Shown here: one piece after another, positions 40,915-50,003 of the stretch | How the letters are laid out: each line of letters opens with the position of its first letter | Numbering within the stretch: the stretch's first letter is position 1 | Source of the DNA: an uncultured Acidobacteriota bacterium | GTDB taxonomy: Bacteria; Acidobacteriota; Thermoanaerobaculia; Multivoradales; UBA5704 | Length of the DNA stretch: 64,000 nucleotides | Direction of reading: 5' to 3' | Assembly: GCA_963770895.1 (NCBI GenBank) | Contig: CAVYRF010000002.1 | Span: forward strand, 2,400,001 to 2,464,000 | Made by a program: the position numbers and the translations under genes | Notes under the pieces: generated by a model | What the model was told of the DNA's origin: nothing | Seen by the model: the letters and a program-made list of their open reading frames with translations, nothing else | Databases searched by the model: none

Positions 40915-43134
40915 CTAGAGCGCCGCCAGCTCGGGGCTGCCGGGGAAGCGCCGGCGCCCTTCCTCCAGCAGCGCGGCGGCGTCGCCGGCGTCTCCCAGCA
41001 CGCGCAGGGTGCGGATCGCCATGCCGTAGGCGGCGGGGGAGGGGTTGGTGGCGACCAGGTTCTGCAGGATCGCCAGGGCATCGCGCGAGCGGTCCTCGGA
41101 GGCGTACAGCATGGCGAGGCTGGCGAAGGCGCGCACCTCCGTGGGATTGGTCTGGATCTCGGTGCGGAACGCCTGTTCGGCGAGGGCGTTGCGGCCCATG
41201 CGGGCGAGGATGTCGCCGCGCGCGAAGGCCAGGCCGGGAAAGCTCTGGCCGGGCGCCCGCCGCGCCACCTCGCGGCCGGCCTGGTCGAGCAGCTCGAGCG
41301 CCTGGTCCAGCTGGCCCTGCTTGGCCCGCGCCTCGGCGAGGGTGAGCAGCGGCCCGACGTCGAGGCCGCCGGCGCCGCCGTGGGCGATCGCCTCGCGCGC
41401 CGCCGCCGCCGCCGCTTCGGGCCGCTGGCGGGCCAGCGCGATGGCGCCGGTGAGCGTGGCGGCCAGGGCGGGGTCGCTGTGGCGCGCCAGCTCGGCGTGG
41501 GCCTGCGCCTCGTCGAAGCGCCCCATCTCCAGCAGCACGTAGCCGGCCGCGACGGCGATGTAGCCGGCGCCGCCCGAAAGCTCCAGCGCCTTCTGATACG
41601 CGGCCAGCGATTCGGCCAGCTGCCCAAGCTTGTCCAGGCACAGCGCCAGGTTTTCCCACGCGTCGATGGTGCGCGGGTTCTGCTGCAGCGCGGCGCGGAA
41701 GGCGGGAACCGCTTCGGCATACCGCTGGGCGGCGAACAGGTCCATGGCGCGGGTGAGGTCCTGCATGTGGGCCAGCTCCGCCTTGGGGTCCGGCAGCCGC
41801 TCTGCCGGAGTGAGCGCCACCGTCGAAGCGGCGTAACCCAGCGAGGCAAGGCGACGGCGCGTCTCCTCGTCGGCCGCCGCCGGCGCCGCCAGCTCGCGCC
41901 GGCGGGCCTCGGTCGCGGCGCGCATGGAAACAAAGACGGGCCGGTGCCGCAGCAGGGCGTTGTCCTTTTCGTGCGGGTCCGCTCCCAGGTCGTACAGCTC
42001 GGGGTCGGGACCGTGGATGTAGTGGAAGTCGTCGCGCACCAGCGACGCCAGCTCGCTCCAGCCGAAATGCAGCCGCGGGTAGGCGGTTTCAGAGAAGATG
42101 TCGCGCGCCGCGCCGCCGCTCCCTGCGGCATCCGCCACATCGACCAGCGACCGGCCCGGCAGCGATGCCGGCACCGGCAGGCCGGCCAGCTGCAGCAGCG
42201 TCGGGTAGACGTCCACCAGCTGCGCCGGCGCGCTCACCCGCGTGCCGTGGCGCAGCGATCCCGGCAGCTTGAGCAGCAGCGGCACCTGCAGCGCCTCGCG
42301 ATACAGCAGCAGGCCGTGCTCGCGCTCGCCGTGGTCGCCCAGCCCTTCGCCGTGATCCGACAACAACACCAGGATGGCGCGGTCGTACAGGCCCAGCCGC
42401 TTGAGCTCCGCCACGAAGGTGCCGACGATCGAGTCGGCGGTGGCGATCTCGCCGTCGTAGGGCACCGCGCGGTAGCGCGACGCGAAGGGCTCCGGCGGGG
42501 TGTATGGCGAGTGCGGCTCGTACAGGTGGAGGAAGGCGAACACCGGCTTGGGGCCGGGCGCCGCGCGCCGCAGCCAGCCTGCCAGCAAGGCTTCGGTGCC
42601 AAAGCCCGAGCGCTGGCTCTGGCCGAAGCCGCGGCCGATCTGCACGTCCACCTGCGAGTCGTAGAAGTCGAAGCCTTCGCCGATGCCGGTTTCGGCGCGC
42701 AGGACGAACGCCGAAACGGCGCCGCCGGTGGCATAGCCGGCGCGCGCCAGCGCCACCGGCAGGTCGTCGTAGCGCGCGGCGTCGAAGTGATAGCCGATGT
42801 TGTCGCGCACCCCGGTGTCGCCCGGCAACCGCCCCGACAGGATCGAGGCGTGCGAGGGCAGGGTCAGCGGCACGTGGCTGTAGGCGCGCTCGAACAGCAC
42901 GGCGTCGTGCGCCAGAGCGTCGATCGCCGGCGTCGCGACGCCCCCATAGCCGTACGCCGGCAGGTGGTCGGAGCGCAGGGTGTCGATCGAGATGAGAATG
43001 ATCGGCGCCCCGGCAAACGGACCGGGCCGGCGCGGCGCGAACGGCGGCCACCCCCTGATCGCGGCCACGGCCGCCCAGCCGGCGACCAGCGCGACGACGG
43101 CCAGGCCGGCCAGCAGCCGCCGCCGCCGGCTCAT
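40915..43134 (-). CDS. Sulfatase/alkaline-phosphatase superfamily enzyme with C-terminal TPRs (Thr nucleophile)
   Basis: DTLR.DH, TLPSHAS.L.G, HLYEPH.PY, YDGEI, SDHGE, ELYDL..DP.E; ATGA overlap. Confidence 0.9.
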   Translation of the reverse strand: MSRRRRLLAGLAVVALVAGWAAVAAIRGWPPFAPRRPGPFAGAPIILISIDTLRSDHLPAYGYGGVATPAIDALAHDAVLFERAYSHVPLTLPSHASILSGRLPGDTGVRDNIGYHFDAARYDDLPVALARAGYATGGAVSAFVLRAETGIGEGFDFYDSQVDVQIGRGFGQSQRSGFGTEALLAGWLRRAAPGPKPVFAFLHLYEPHSPYTPPEPFASRYRAVPYDGEIATADSIVGTFVAELKRLGLYDRAILVLLSDHGEGLGDHGEREHGLLLYREALQVPLLLKLPGSLRHGTRVSAPAQLVDVYPTLLQLAGLPVPASLPGRSLVDVADAAGSGGAARDIFSETAYPRLHFGWSELASLVRDDFHYIHGPDPELYDLGADPHEKDNALLRHRPVFVSMRAATEARRRELAAPAAADEETRRRLASLGYAASTVALTPAERLPDPKAELAHMQDLTRAMDLFAAQRYAEAVPAFRAALQQNPRTIDAWENLALCLDKLGQLAESLAAYQKALELSGGAGYIAVAAGYVLLEMGRFDEAQAHAELARHSDPALAATLTGAIALARQRPEAAAAAAREAIAHGGAGGLDVGPLLTLAEARAKQGQLDQALELLDQAGREVARRAPGQSFPGLAFARGDILARMGRNALAEQAFRTEIQTNPTEVRAFASLAMLYASEDRSRDALAILQNLVATNPSPAAYGMAIRTLRVLGDAGDAAALLEEGRRRFPGSPELAAL

Positions 43135-45407
43135 CCGCCCAGCCCTTGCAGGCGCGCCTGGGCCTTGGCGATCTCGTCGGCGAAGCGCTCCCGCGGTGCG
43201 GTGGCGATGAAGCGCGACAGCGCCTCGCGCGCCTCGCCGGAGCGTCCCAGCTCGGCCGCCACCAGTCCCAGGTTGTACAGCGCGTCGTACTGGGTGGCGT
43301 CCAGGCCGGCGGCGCGGTGCCAGGCGTCCAGCGCGTCGGCCGGCTGGTGCAGCTGGTAAAGCGCCACGCCCAGGGTGTTCCAGCAGCTGGCCAGGCCGGC
43401 GTTCATCGCCAGGGCGTGGCGCAGGTGATCGCGGGCCGCCGCCGCCTGGCCGCGCCGCAGGGCGATCACCCCCAGGTCCTCGAAACCGCGTGGATCCTCG
43501 GGGAACAGCCGGGTCGCCTTTTCGAGCGTGGCGGCCGCCTCGTCCTGGTGGCCGGCGTCGGAGAGCGCCATCCCCAGGTCCTGGAGCGCCGCCGGATCGT
43601 CGCCGCCCGCGGCCAGCGGCCGCAGCACCGCCACCGCCTCCTGCGACCGCCCGGCTTCGGCCAGCGCTTCGCCCAGCTGGCGATCCAACGAATCGCTGCG
43701 CACCCCCTTGGCGCGCGCCTCCTGCAGCACCGCGATCGCCTGGTCGCCGCGCTCCTGCTGACGCAGCGAGATGGCCAGCAGCTCGTATGCGTCGCCCATC
43801 GCCGGCCGCGCGGCGATGGCCTGCCGCGCCAGCGCCGCGGCCTGGGCGTACTGTCCGCGGGAATAGAGGTCGATCACCTGGTGCAGCTGGTAGTCCAGCT
43901 GGATGAGCCGTTTGGGGTCGTCGTCGGCGGTCATCGCCCGGCCCGGCGCGGCGCCGTGCCCGCCGCCAGCGCTATACCCCAGGCTGCGCAGGCGCGCCGC
44001 CTCTTCGGCGGTGACCGCCCCCTGTTGCGGTTGGCTGCGCGCCGCGGCCGGGATGGCCGCCGCCAGCTCGCGGGCGAGCGGCCGCTGGGTCGAGATCAGG
44101 TTGTGCTCCTCGCGCGGGTCGGCGGCCAGGTCGTACAGCTCGGGCAGCGGCAGGTCGATCAGCTTGTAGCGGCCGCGCACCACGCCGCGCAGCGGCGCCC
44201 AGCCGCGGTTCAGGCTGGCGGACAGCGCCTCGAAATAGCTGATCCCGCCGGCACCAGCGTCCACCGCCGGCCTCGCCGCAGGGGGCGCCGCCGTCGGTTG
44301 CAGCAGCGACCTCCCCGGCAGGCCGCCGGGCGCCGCCAGGTGGAGCGCCGCCAGCACCGTGGGCAGGATGTCGACGTGGCGTGCGCTCGCCGGGTCGCGA
44401 CCCGGCACCGCCCCCGGCCACCACAGTACCAGCGGCACCTTGAGGGTCGCCTCGTACGCCAGCAGGCCGTGCGTCAGCTCGCCGTGGTCGCCCAGGCCCT
44501 CGCCGTGGTCGGCGGTGACGATCACCAGCGCCGGCGGCTCCTTGCCGGTCAGGAAGGGGCCGACCAGCGGCGCCAGGTACGAGTCGACGGCCGCCACGGC
44601 GCCCAGGTACGGATCGCTCTTGAAGCGGCTGGCAAAGGGCTCCGGCGACTGATAGGGGGCGTGGGCATCGTACAGGTGCACCCACAGGAAGCGGCGGTGG
44701 CCGCGCTGCTTTTGCCACCAGGCGCGGGCCAGCCGCACCACCTGATCGCCGCGCCGCTCCGCCATCAGGAACTCGTCCAGGTGGGCGCCGCGCGGGAAGT
44801 GATCGTCGTAGACGTCGAAGCCGTGCGCCAGACCGAACCGGGAATCCAGCGGGAAGGCGGCGACGAAGGCCCCTGTCGCATACCCCGCGCCGTGCAGCAG
44901 CGTGGCGAGCGTCGGCACCGTGGCGGCCAGCTTGAACCCGCTGTTGTCCCGCACGCCGTGCTGGAACGGATAGAGGCCGGTCAGGATATTGGTGTGGCTG
45001 GGCAGGGTCACGACGTTCTGGGCGTGGGCGTTTGGAAACACCCGCCCGGCCGCCGCCAGCCGGTCGAGCACCGGCGTCGCGGCCCGCCGGTTGCCGGCGA
45101 ACCCCACGGCGTCGGCGCGCAAGGTGTCGATGGTGATCAGCACCACGTCGGCGCCGGGCAGCGACGGTGCGCCGCCGGCGGCCGGTGCCGCCGCTGCTGG
45201 CAGGGACGGCGGCGCCGTCGCCGCGGGTTTACCGGTTGGAGCCGCGGCAGAGGCTGAGGCCCGGGACAGAAGGCCGGCCGGAGCCGCGTCGCGACAGCTG
45301 AAAGACCAGATCGCCAGGAGCCAGGCGATCCCCGCGGCGCGTGCCGCCCACCGGGACTTCTGGCCGGCGGGCGCCGGCCGCGGGGAGATCGCGCAGGCCC
45401 GCCTCAC
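43131..45407 (-). CDS. Second sulfatase-like enzyme with C-terminal TPRs (Thr nucleophile), possible lipoprotein
   Basis: DTLRAD, TLPSHTNILTG, HLYD.H.PY, ADHGE, ELYDL..DP.E; GTG at 45407 overlaps upstream TGA. Confidence 0.88.
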   Translation of the reverse strand: MRRACAISPRPAPAGQKSRWAARAAGIAWLLAIWSFSCRDAAPAGLLSRASASAAAPTGKPAATAPPSLPAAAAPAAGGAPSLPGADVVLITIDTLRADAVGFAGNRRAATPVLDRLAAAGRVFPNAHAQNVVTLPSHTNILTGLYPFQHGVRDNSGFKLAATVPTLATLLHGAGYATGAFVAAFPLDSRFGLAHGFDVYDDHFPRGAHLDEFLMAERRGDQVVRLARAWWQKQRGHRRFLWVHLYDAHAPYQSPEPFASRFKSDPYLGAVAAVDSYLAPLVGPFLTGKEPPALVIVTADHGEGLGDHGELTHGLLAYEATLKVPLVLWWPGAVPGRDPASARHVDILPTVLAALHLAAPGGLPGRSLLQPTAAPPAARPAVDAGAGGISYFEALSASLNRGWAPLRGVVRGRYKLIDLPLPELYDLAADPREEHNLISTQRPLARELAAAIPAAARSQPQQGAVTAEEAARLRSLGYSAGGGHGAAPGRAMTADDDPKRLIQLDYQLHQVIDLYSRGQYAQAAALARQAIAARPAMGDAYELLAISLRQQERGDQAIAVLQEARAKGVRSDSLDRQLGEALAEAGRSQEAVAVLRPLAAGGDDPAALQDLGMALSDAGHQDEAAATLEKATRLFPEDPRGFEDLGVIALRRGQAAAARDHLRHALAMNAGLASCWNTLGVALYQLHQPADALDAWHRAAGLDATQYDALYNLGLVAAELGRSGEAREALSRFIATAPRERFADEIAKAQARLQGLGG

Positions 45408-46444
45408 AAGGCCTTGATGTATTCCTTGGCCTCGGCGGCCCACTTGCTGTTGGGGTCGAGCTCCAGCAGCTTGGTGAAGTCTGCCTTGGCGGCGGCGGAC
45501 TTGTTCAGGTTGAGGTTGACCAACCCCCGGTAGTAATAGGCGTCCGGCAGGTTGGGGTTCTCTTCGACCACCTTGTTGAACTCTTCCAGCGCCTTGTCCA
45601 GCTGCTTGGCGTTGTAGTACTTGATCCCGATGTTGATCATCATCTCGGGATCGATCTTGGCTCCCGCCGGCATCTGCGCCATGTAGGTGCGCGCTTCGGC
45701 TTCCTTGCCTTCACCCACCAGCAGGTTGACCATCAGCTGCAGCGTGTCGGTGTCGGTCGGCGCCAGGGTGAGCGTCTGCTTGAGCGTATCGATCGCCTGG
45801 TCCAGCTTCTGCTGCTTTTCTTCCTTGGTCTTGGCGTCGACCGATTCGCGATAGTAGGTGGAGGCGATACCGCGCATGATCGGCACCTTGGTCGCGGGAT
45901 CGGTCAGCAGGTCGAGCGCCTTCTGATACTCGGCGCGGGCGTCGGCATACTTCTGCTCCTTCAGCAGATCGTTGCCCTTGGTGATCGATTCGTTGGCCTG
46001 CGACGTCTTGGACGGCTGCTTGGGCTGCTCCTTGGGCGTCACCTTGAGCGTCACGGTGATCGGCGGCGACGGCGGCCCTTCCTCTTCGACGTTGACCTGC
46101 CCCTGGGAGACGATGAATCCCGGTGCTTCGATCAACACGCCCCAGGCCCCCCCGGAGAGGCCCAGGATGCCCCAGTGGCCGCTCTTGTCGGTGGTGAGGG
46201 CAGCCGGACCCGAGGCGTTTTCGTCCACGTTGCCCGAACCCTTGCGCAGCGTCACCTTGGCGCCGACGACGGGCTTGCCCTGCTCGTCCTTGACCAGACC
46301 CTGGAGACGGCCGCGACCCTTCCAGTCTTGCGCCGCGGCGGGCTGGGCCACAGCGAGCAGCATGGTGGCGAGGACCGCCAGGGCGGCGAAGGCGCCGACG
46401 GCGGTCCTGGGCGCCACGGCCGCCGATTTCTGCATACGCGACAT
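45404..46444 (-). CDS. Exported protein: carboxypeptidase-regulatory-like domain plus TPRs
   Basis: Signal peptide; G.V.DE.GKPV.GA.V...TDK.G.W...GL..G; TPRs (DAYYYRG...A.ADF.K.LELDP); SD AAGGAGG. Confidence 0.88.
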   Translation of the reverse strand: MSRMQKSAAVAPRTAVGAFAALAVLATMLLAVAQPAAAQDWKGRGRLQGLVKDEQGKPVVGAKVTLRKGSGNVDENASGPAALTTDKSGHWGILGLSGGAWGVLIEAPGFIVSQGQVNVEEEGPPSPPITVTLKVTPKEQPKQPSKTSQANESITKGNDLLKEQKYADARAEYQKALDLLTDPATKVPIMRGIASTYYRESVDAKTKEEKQQKLDQAIDTLKQTLTLAPTDTDTLQLMVNLLVGEGKEAEARTYMAQMPAGAKIDPEMMINIGIKYYNAKQLDKALEEFNKVVEENPNLPDAYYYRGLVNLNLNKSAAAKADFTKLLELDPNSKWAAEAKEYIKAL

Positions 46445-46524
46445 GATGACCTCCTTACCAGGCGGTGATTTGAGCGCCCACGGATGACCCCGCGAGCGTT
46501 GGGAAGTCTAATCTCCCGAGAGCC

Positions 46525-46556
46525 AAAAAGAAAACCGCCGGGGTTGCCCCCGGCGG
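46525..46556 (-). terminator. Rho-independent terminator after the TonB-dependent receptor
   Basis: Minus strand CCGCCGGGG-GCAA-CCCCGGCGG 9-bp stem with GNRA loop followed by TTTTCTTTTT. Confidence 0.9.
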
Positions 46557-46588
46557 CAGAGGTCCAGCCTAGTAAAAGCGGAGCGGGA

Positions 46589-49500
46589 TCAGCGGAAGCT
46601 GATACGAGCTCCGAAGCGGTAGACCCGGGGCGCCAACGTCTCGTAGATGAAACCGTACGTCGGGAGGCTGATCGCGCCGACCTTCTGGGTCGTGGTGGAG
46701 GAGTTGAACAGGTTGAAGCAGTCGAAGCTCAGGGTCAGGCCGAAGTCCTGGAAGGTGAACTCCTTCTCGATCCGGGCGTCGAAGTCGATGAGGGACGGCA
46801 GCCGGTTGGCGTCCGGGCGTCCGACCAGGATGTCTTCGCTCAAGCCACCCTCGTAGTTCTGCCGCGGGTTGCCGTTCTGGTCGACGCTGATCGGAACCTG
46901 CACGTAGTTGGGGAACGCATAGCCCTGGCGCGCCGTCAGGTTGCCGGCGACGTTGAAGCCGTAACCCTTGTCCGGAGCCACCTGGTACATGCCGTTCAGG
47001 TTGGCCGACCACTTGCTGTTGAGGAACACGTACTGCTTGGGACCGGAACCGGCGCTGTTGACCAGCACGGCGTCGCCATCGCGGTTGCCGCCCGGCAGGA
47101 AGTCGGACGGGTCGGGCAGCACGCCGGGGTTGCCGTAGGTCCAGTCGGAGTAGGTGAAGTTACCGCGCATCATCCAGTGGTTGGACAGGCGCTTGTTGAG
47201 GGTAAGGGCGGCGCCCTTGTAGTTCGAGGTCAGGTCGCTGTTCTCGAGCAGCGAACCGCCGCGGGTGCTGACGCCGGGCTTCAGGGTGTAGTAGGTGACG
47301 GTGTATTGCTTGCCGTTGGTGGCGGTCGTCGTGTACGTCTGCTGCACGTAGTCGGCAGGGGTCGCCGGCCGGCCAGTGGTGCTCAGGGTGGACGGGTCGA
47401 ACGGAGTCGTGGCATCGAAAACGAGCGGGATGCCAGCGCCAGCCGGGGTACCGCTGGACGCGCCGGTCGGGCCGACGTCACCCGGGACCTGGTTGCTGAG
47501 ATGGCGGAAGGTGAAGTTAAGGCCGACCACCAGCTCGGGAAGGATGGCGTGCTCGACGCTCGCCAGGAACTCGTCGGTCAACGGCGCCGAGAAGTTGGAG
47601 TTGACGTTGTTGAGCTGGAACGGCAGGCCGGTCGCCGGATTGACCGGGCCGGCATAGTTGGCCAGCGGGCCGCCCGGGCTGAGGGGCGAAAGGCCCGTCG
47701 GCAGGCCGGGGCCGACGTTCGAAGCCGGCACCGAGAACAGGTAGTAGGTCTGCGCCGCCGTCGGGTTGCGGACGCCGGCGAAGCCGTCGCCCAGCTGGTC
47801 GGCGTAACGTGAGTAGCTGACCCGCAGCAGGGTCTTGCGATCCGCACCCAGGGCGTAGGTCAGGCCGACGCGCGGGGTGACGTTGCCCCAGCTGAAGCCC
47901 GTCGGGCCGCCGGCGTAGTTGAACGCCGGCAGGATGCCCGGCGAATCCGGGTTGGCCGCTTCGGACGATGCGTTGTTGTGACCAGCCTGCAGGTCGTAGC
48001 GCACGCCGATGTTGGCGGTCAGGTTGCCGGCCGTCAGGGTGTCCTGCGCGTAGCCGCTGCTGTAGGTGTTGGTGATGTTGAGGTTCTCTTCGCGAGCGGC
48101 CTCGAACACGTTGATGCTGGCCGGCTCACCGAACAGGGGACCGGCCACCAGGTAGCCAGGGCCCCAGGTGGACAGCGAGGTGCTGGTGACGCGGCGGTAG
48201 CCGGCGCCGTACTTCAGCTCGTTGCTGACGCTGCCGAAGTTGAAGAAGCTGGAGGCGTCCAGCTTGCCCTGCTTCTGCGGACGGGTGACCTGGTAGTCGA
48301 CGAAGGTGTTGCCCCAGACGCCCGACGTGTTGAGGAACGCAACCGGTCCGATGCCGCCCTCGGGCACCAGCCCGAAGCCGCCGTTGACGTCCGAGAACAG
48401 GCCGGTCAGGTAGAAGTTGGGTCCGAAGATCTGGGTGTCCTCGACCTTGCCGGCGGTCGGGTTGGAGCCGTTGTGGCCCTGGTTCCAGGTCGTCGGCTGC
48501 GGACGGGTCGGACCGGCATCGCGGCCGGCGACCGTCTTGTTGTTCTGCAACACGAAGAGGGTCAAGGAGTTGCTGCCCGTGAGCTGGGCGTTCAACTTGC
48601 CGTTGTAGGTCGGCAGGTCGGCCTTGTTGGTGGCGCCGCCGATGGTCGAGACGTTGACCTTCTGGTCGCCGTAGGAACCCCAGATCCACAACCGGTCCTT
48701 GATGATCGGGCCGCCAACTTCAGCGCCGAAGTCCTGGATCCGGTTGATGAGGTCGCCGCTCAGGCCGGCGCCGACCTGGTTGGCGGGCACCTTGAAGCTG
48801 CTGTTGGATTCCAGCGAGCCGGGGGTGTAGAAGAAGCGGCCGCTGCCGCGCCACTGGTTGGTGCCGCGCTTGGTCACCATGTTGACGACGACGCCGCCGG
48901 TGGCGATGGTGGTGTCCGTGCCGCCGGTCGTGACCTGCATCTCCTGGAACGCGTCGAAGTCGTAGTAGCTGGGGGACGACCCGAGGGCCGCCATGTCGGT
49001 GACGACCACGCCGTCCACCGCCCACACCGAGTTGGTGCCCATCGAGCCGGGGCCGACGTACACCGACTGCTGGCCGCTCTCGTTGCCGCCCACGTTGACG
49101 CGGTCGACGAGCACGCCGGGGGTGGTCGAAAGGATGGACCACGGGTCGCGGGAGGTCGGGATCTCCGCCAGTTCCGCCGCGTTGACGGTGGCGCCGGTCG
49201 AGACCTTGCGCTCGTCGAGCAGCGGGCTTTCCGTGGTGACCGTGATGACGTCCTCAACCGCCGAGTTCATCGTCACCTCGACCGTGGTGTTGTGGCCGAC
49301 GGTGATGACGATGTTCGGGTATTCGACCGTCGAGAAACCCTGCAGCTCGCTCTTGAGCTTCATGGTTGCCGGCGGCAGGCTGAGGAAGCGGAACTCGCCC
49401 TGCGCGTTGGTGACCTGCACCTCCTGCGCCGCGCCGGTGTCGAGCGTCACGGTGACGCCGGGCAGGACGGCTCCCTGCTGGTCCTGGACTTTGCCGTACA

Positions 49501-49600
49501 GGTTGCCGGTCTGCAGCTGGGCGATGGCGGTACCGCCGATCACCAGCAGCAGGGCCATCGCAACCATCGCGACACGTCCCAAGCGTTGATAACTCTTCAT
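46589..49600 (-). CDS. TonB-dependent receptor, Oar-like, with N-terminal carboxypeptidase-regulatory-like domain
   Basis: Signal peptide, G.V.D.QGAVLPGVTVT, plug motif GVVVN.VTK.GTN...GS, GGPIIKDRLW, G.RYD, C-terminal N.FN...PR....GAR.SF. Confidence 0.92.
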   Translation of the reverse strand: MKSYQRLGRVAMVAMALLLVIGGTAIAQLQTGNLYGKVQDQQGAVLPGVTVTLDTGAAQEVQVTNAQGEFRFLSLPPATMKLKSELQGFSTVEYPNIVITVGHNTTVEVTMNSAVEDVITVTTESPLLDERKVSTGATVNAAELAEIPTSRDPWSILSTTPGVLVDRVNVGGNESGQQSVYVGPGSMGTNSVWAVDGVVVTDMAALGSSPSYYDFDAFQEMQVTTGGTDTTIATGGVVVNMVTKRGTNQWRGSGRFFYTPGSLESNSSFKVPANQVGAGLSGDLINRIQDFGAEVGGPIIKDRLWIWGSYGDQKVNVSTIGGATNKADLPTYNGKLNAQLTGSNSLTLFVLQNNKTVAGRDAGPTRPQPTTWNQGHNGSNPTAGKVEDTQIFGPNFYLTGLFSDVNGGFGLVPEGGIGPVAFLNTSGVWGNTFVDYQVTRPQKQGKLDASSFFNFGSVSNELKYGAGYRRVTSTSLSTWGPGYLVAGPLFGEPASINVFEAAREENLNITNTYSSGYAQDTLTAGNLTANIGVRYDLQAGHNNASSEAANPDSPGILPAFNYAGGPTGFSWGNVTPRVGLTYALGADRKTLLRVSYSRYADQLGDGFAGVRNPTAAQTYYLFSVPASNVGPGLPTGLSPLSPGGPLANYAGPVNPATGLPFQLNNVNSNFSAPLTDEFLASVEHAILPELVVGLNFTFRHLSNQVPGDVGPTGASSGTPAGAGIPLVFDATTPFDPSTLSTTGRPATPADYVQQTYTTTATNGKQYTVTYYTLKPGVSTRGGSLLENSDLTSNYKGAALTLNKRLSNHWMMRGNFTYSDWTYGNPGVLPDPSDFLPGGNRDGDAVLVNSAGSGPKQYVFLNSKWSANLNGMYQVAPDKGYGFNVAGNLTARQGYAFPNYVQVPISVDQNGNPRQNYEGGLSEDILVGRPDANRLPSLIDFDARIEKEFTFQDFGLTLSFDCFNLFNSSTTTQKVGAISLPTYGFIYETLAPRVYRFGARISFR

Positions 49601-49816
49601 ACGAATGGACCTCCCTTCGAAGGTAGTTGTGAAAACGGGCCTGATCTACCTGAAGCTCAGGCGTAAGGCTCCGGACAAGAGTAAGGAAGTTGCGCTATGC
49701 GTCAGGCGGTCGATTGCCGAGCATACCTCCTTTCGCAGGCGTTCAAACACCCATTTGTGCCGATTGGGCCTTGAAACTTTACTGATCCCGCTTGGTCACG
49801 TCAATGGCTGGTACAT

Positions 49817-49833
49817 AGCAAAGGCAATGCCCA
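49817..49833 (-). promoter_or_regulatory. Putative sigma54 (-24/-12) promoter of the receptor operon
   Basis: Minus strand TGGGCATTGCCTTTGCT: GG-N10-GC spacing matching TGGCAC-N5-TTGCW, ~215 nt upstream of ATG. Confidence 0.6.
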
Positions 49834-50003
49834 TCCGGCCGGCGCTCTGCCTGCCGCCGTAAGCAACTGACAGCCATTGGTTTAGCTGGCGGGTGGCAGT
49901 CTTTGGCGGGAGCCTCGCGGCCGCCGCTCCAGTTCTTTGGACGCGGGAGGGTCCAAAATCTTGAATAGCAGCCCTTGGAGCGGCCCTGCGCTACACTCGA
50001 TCC

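Noticed and set aside
40789-49666. Long plus-strand ORFs (856, 703, 375, 442, 562 aa) opposite the sulfatase/receptor operon
   Set aside because: Antisense frames of well-supported genes, no motifs
49690-49770. c-di-GMP-I or cobalamin riboswitch upstream of the TonB receptor
   Set aside because: A GAAA hairpin is present, but the GGCAAA...GACGCAAAG core and the B12-box motifs are absent
49605-49862. 85-aa plus-strand ORF in the receptor upstream region
   Set aside because: Atypical codon usage, no SD or motif, and it overlaps the receptor's promoter and leader
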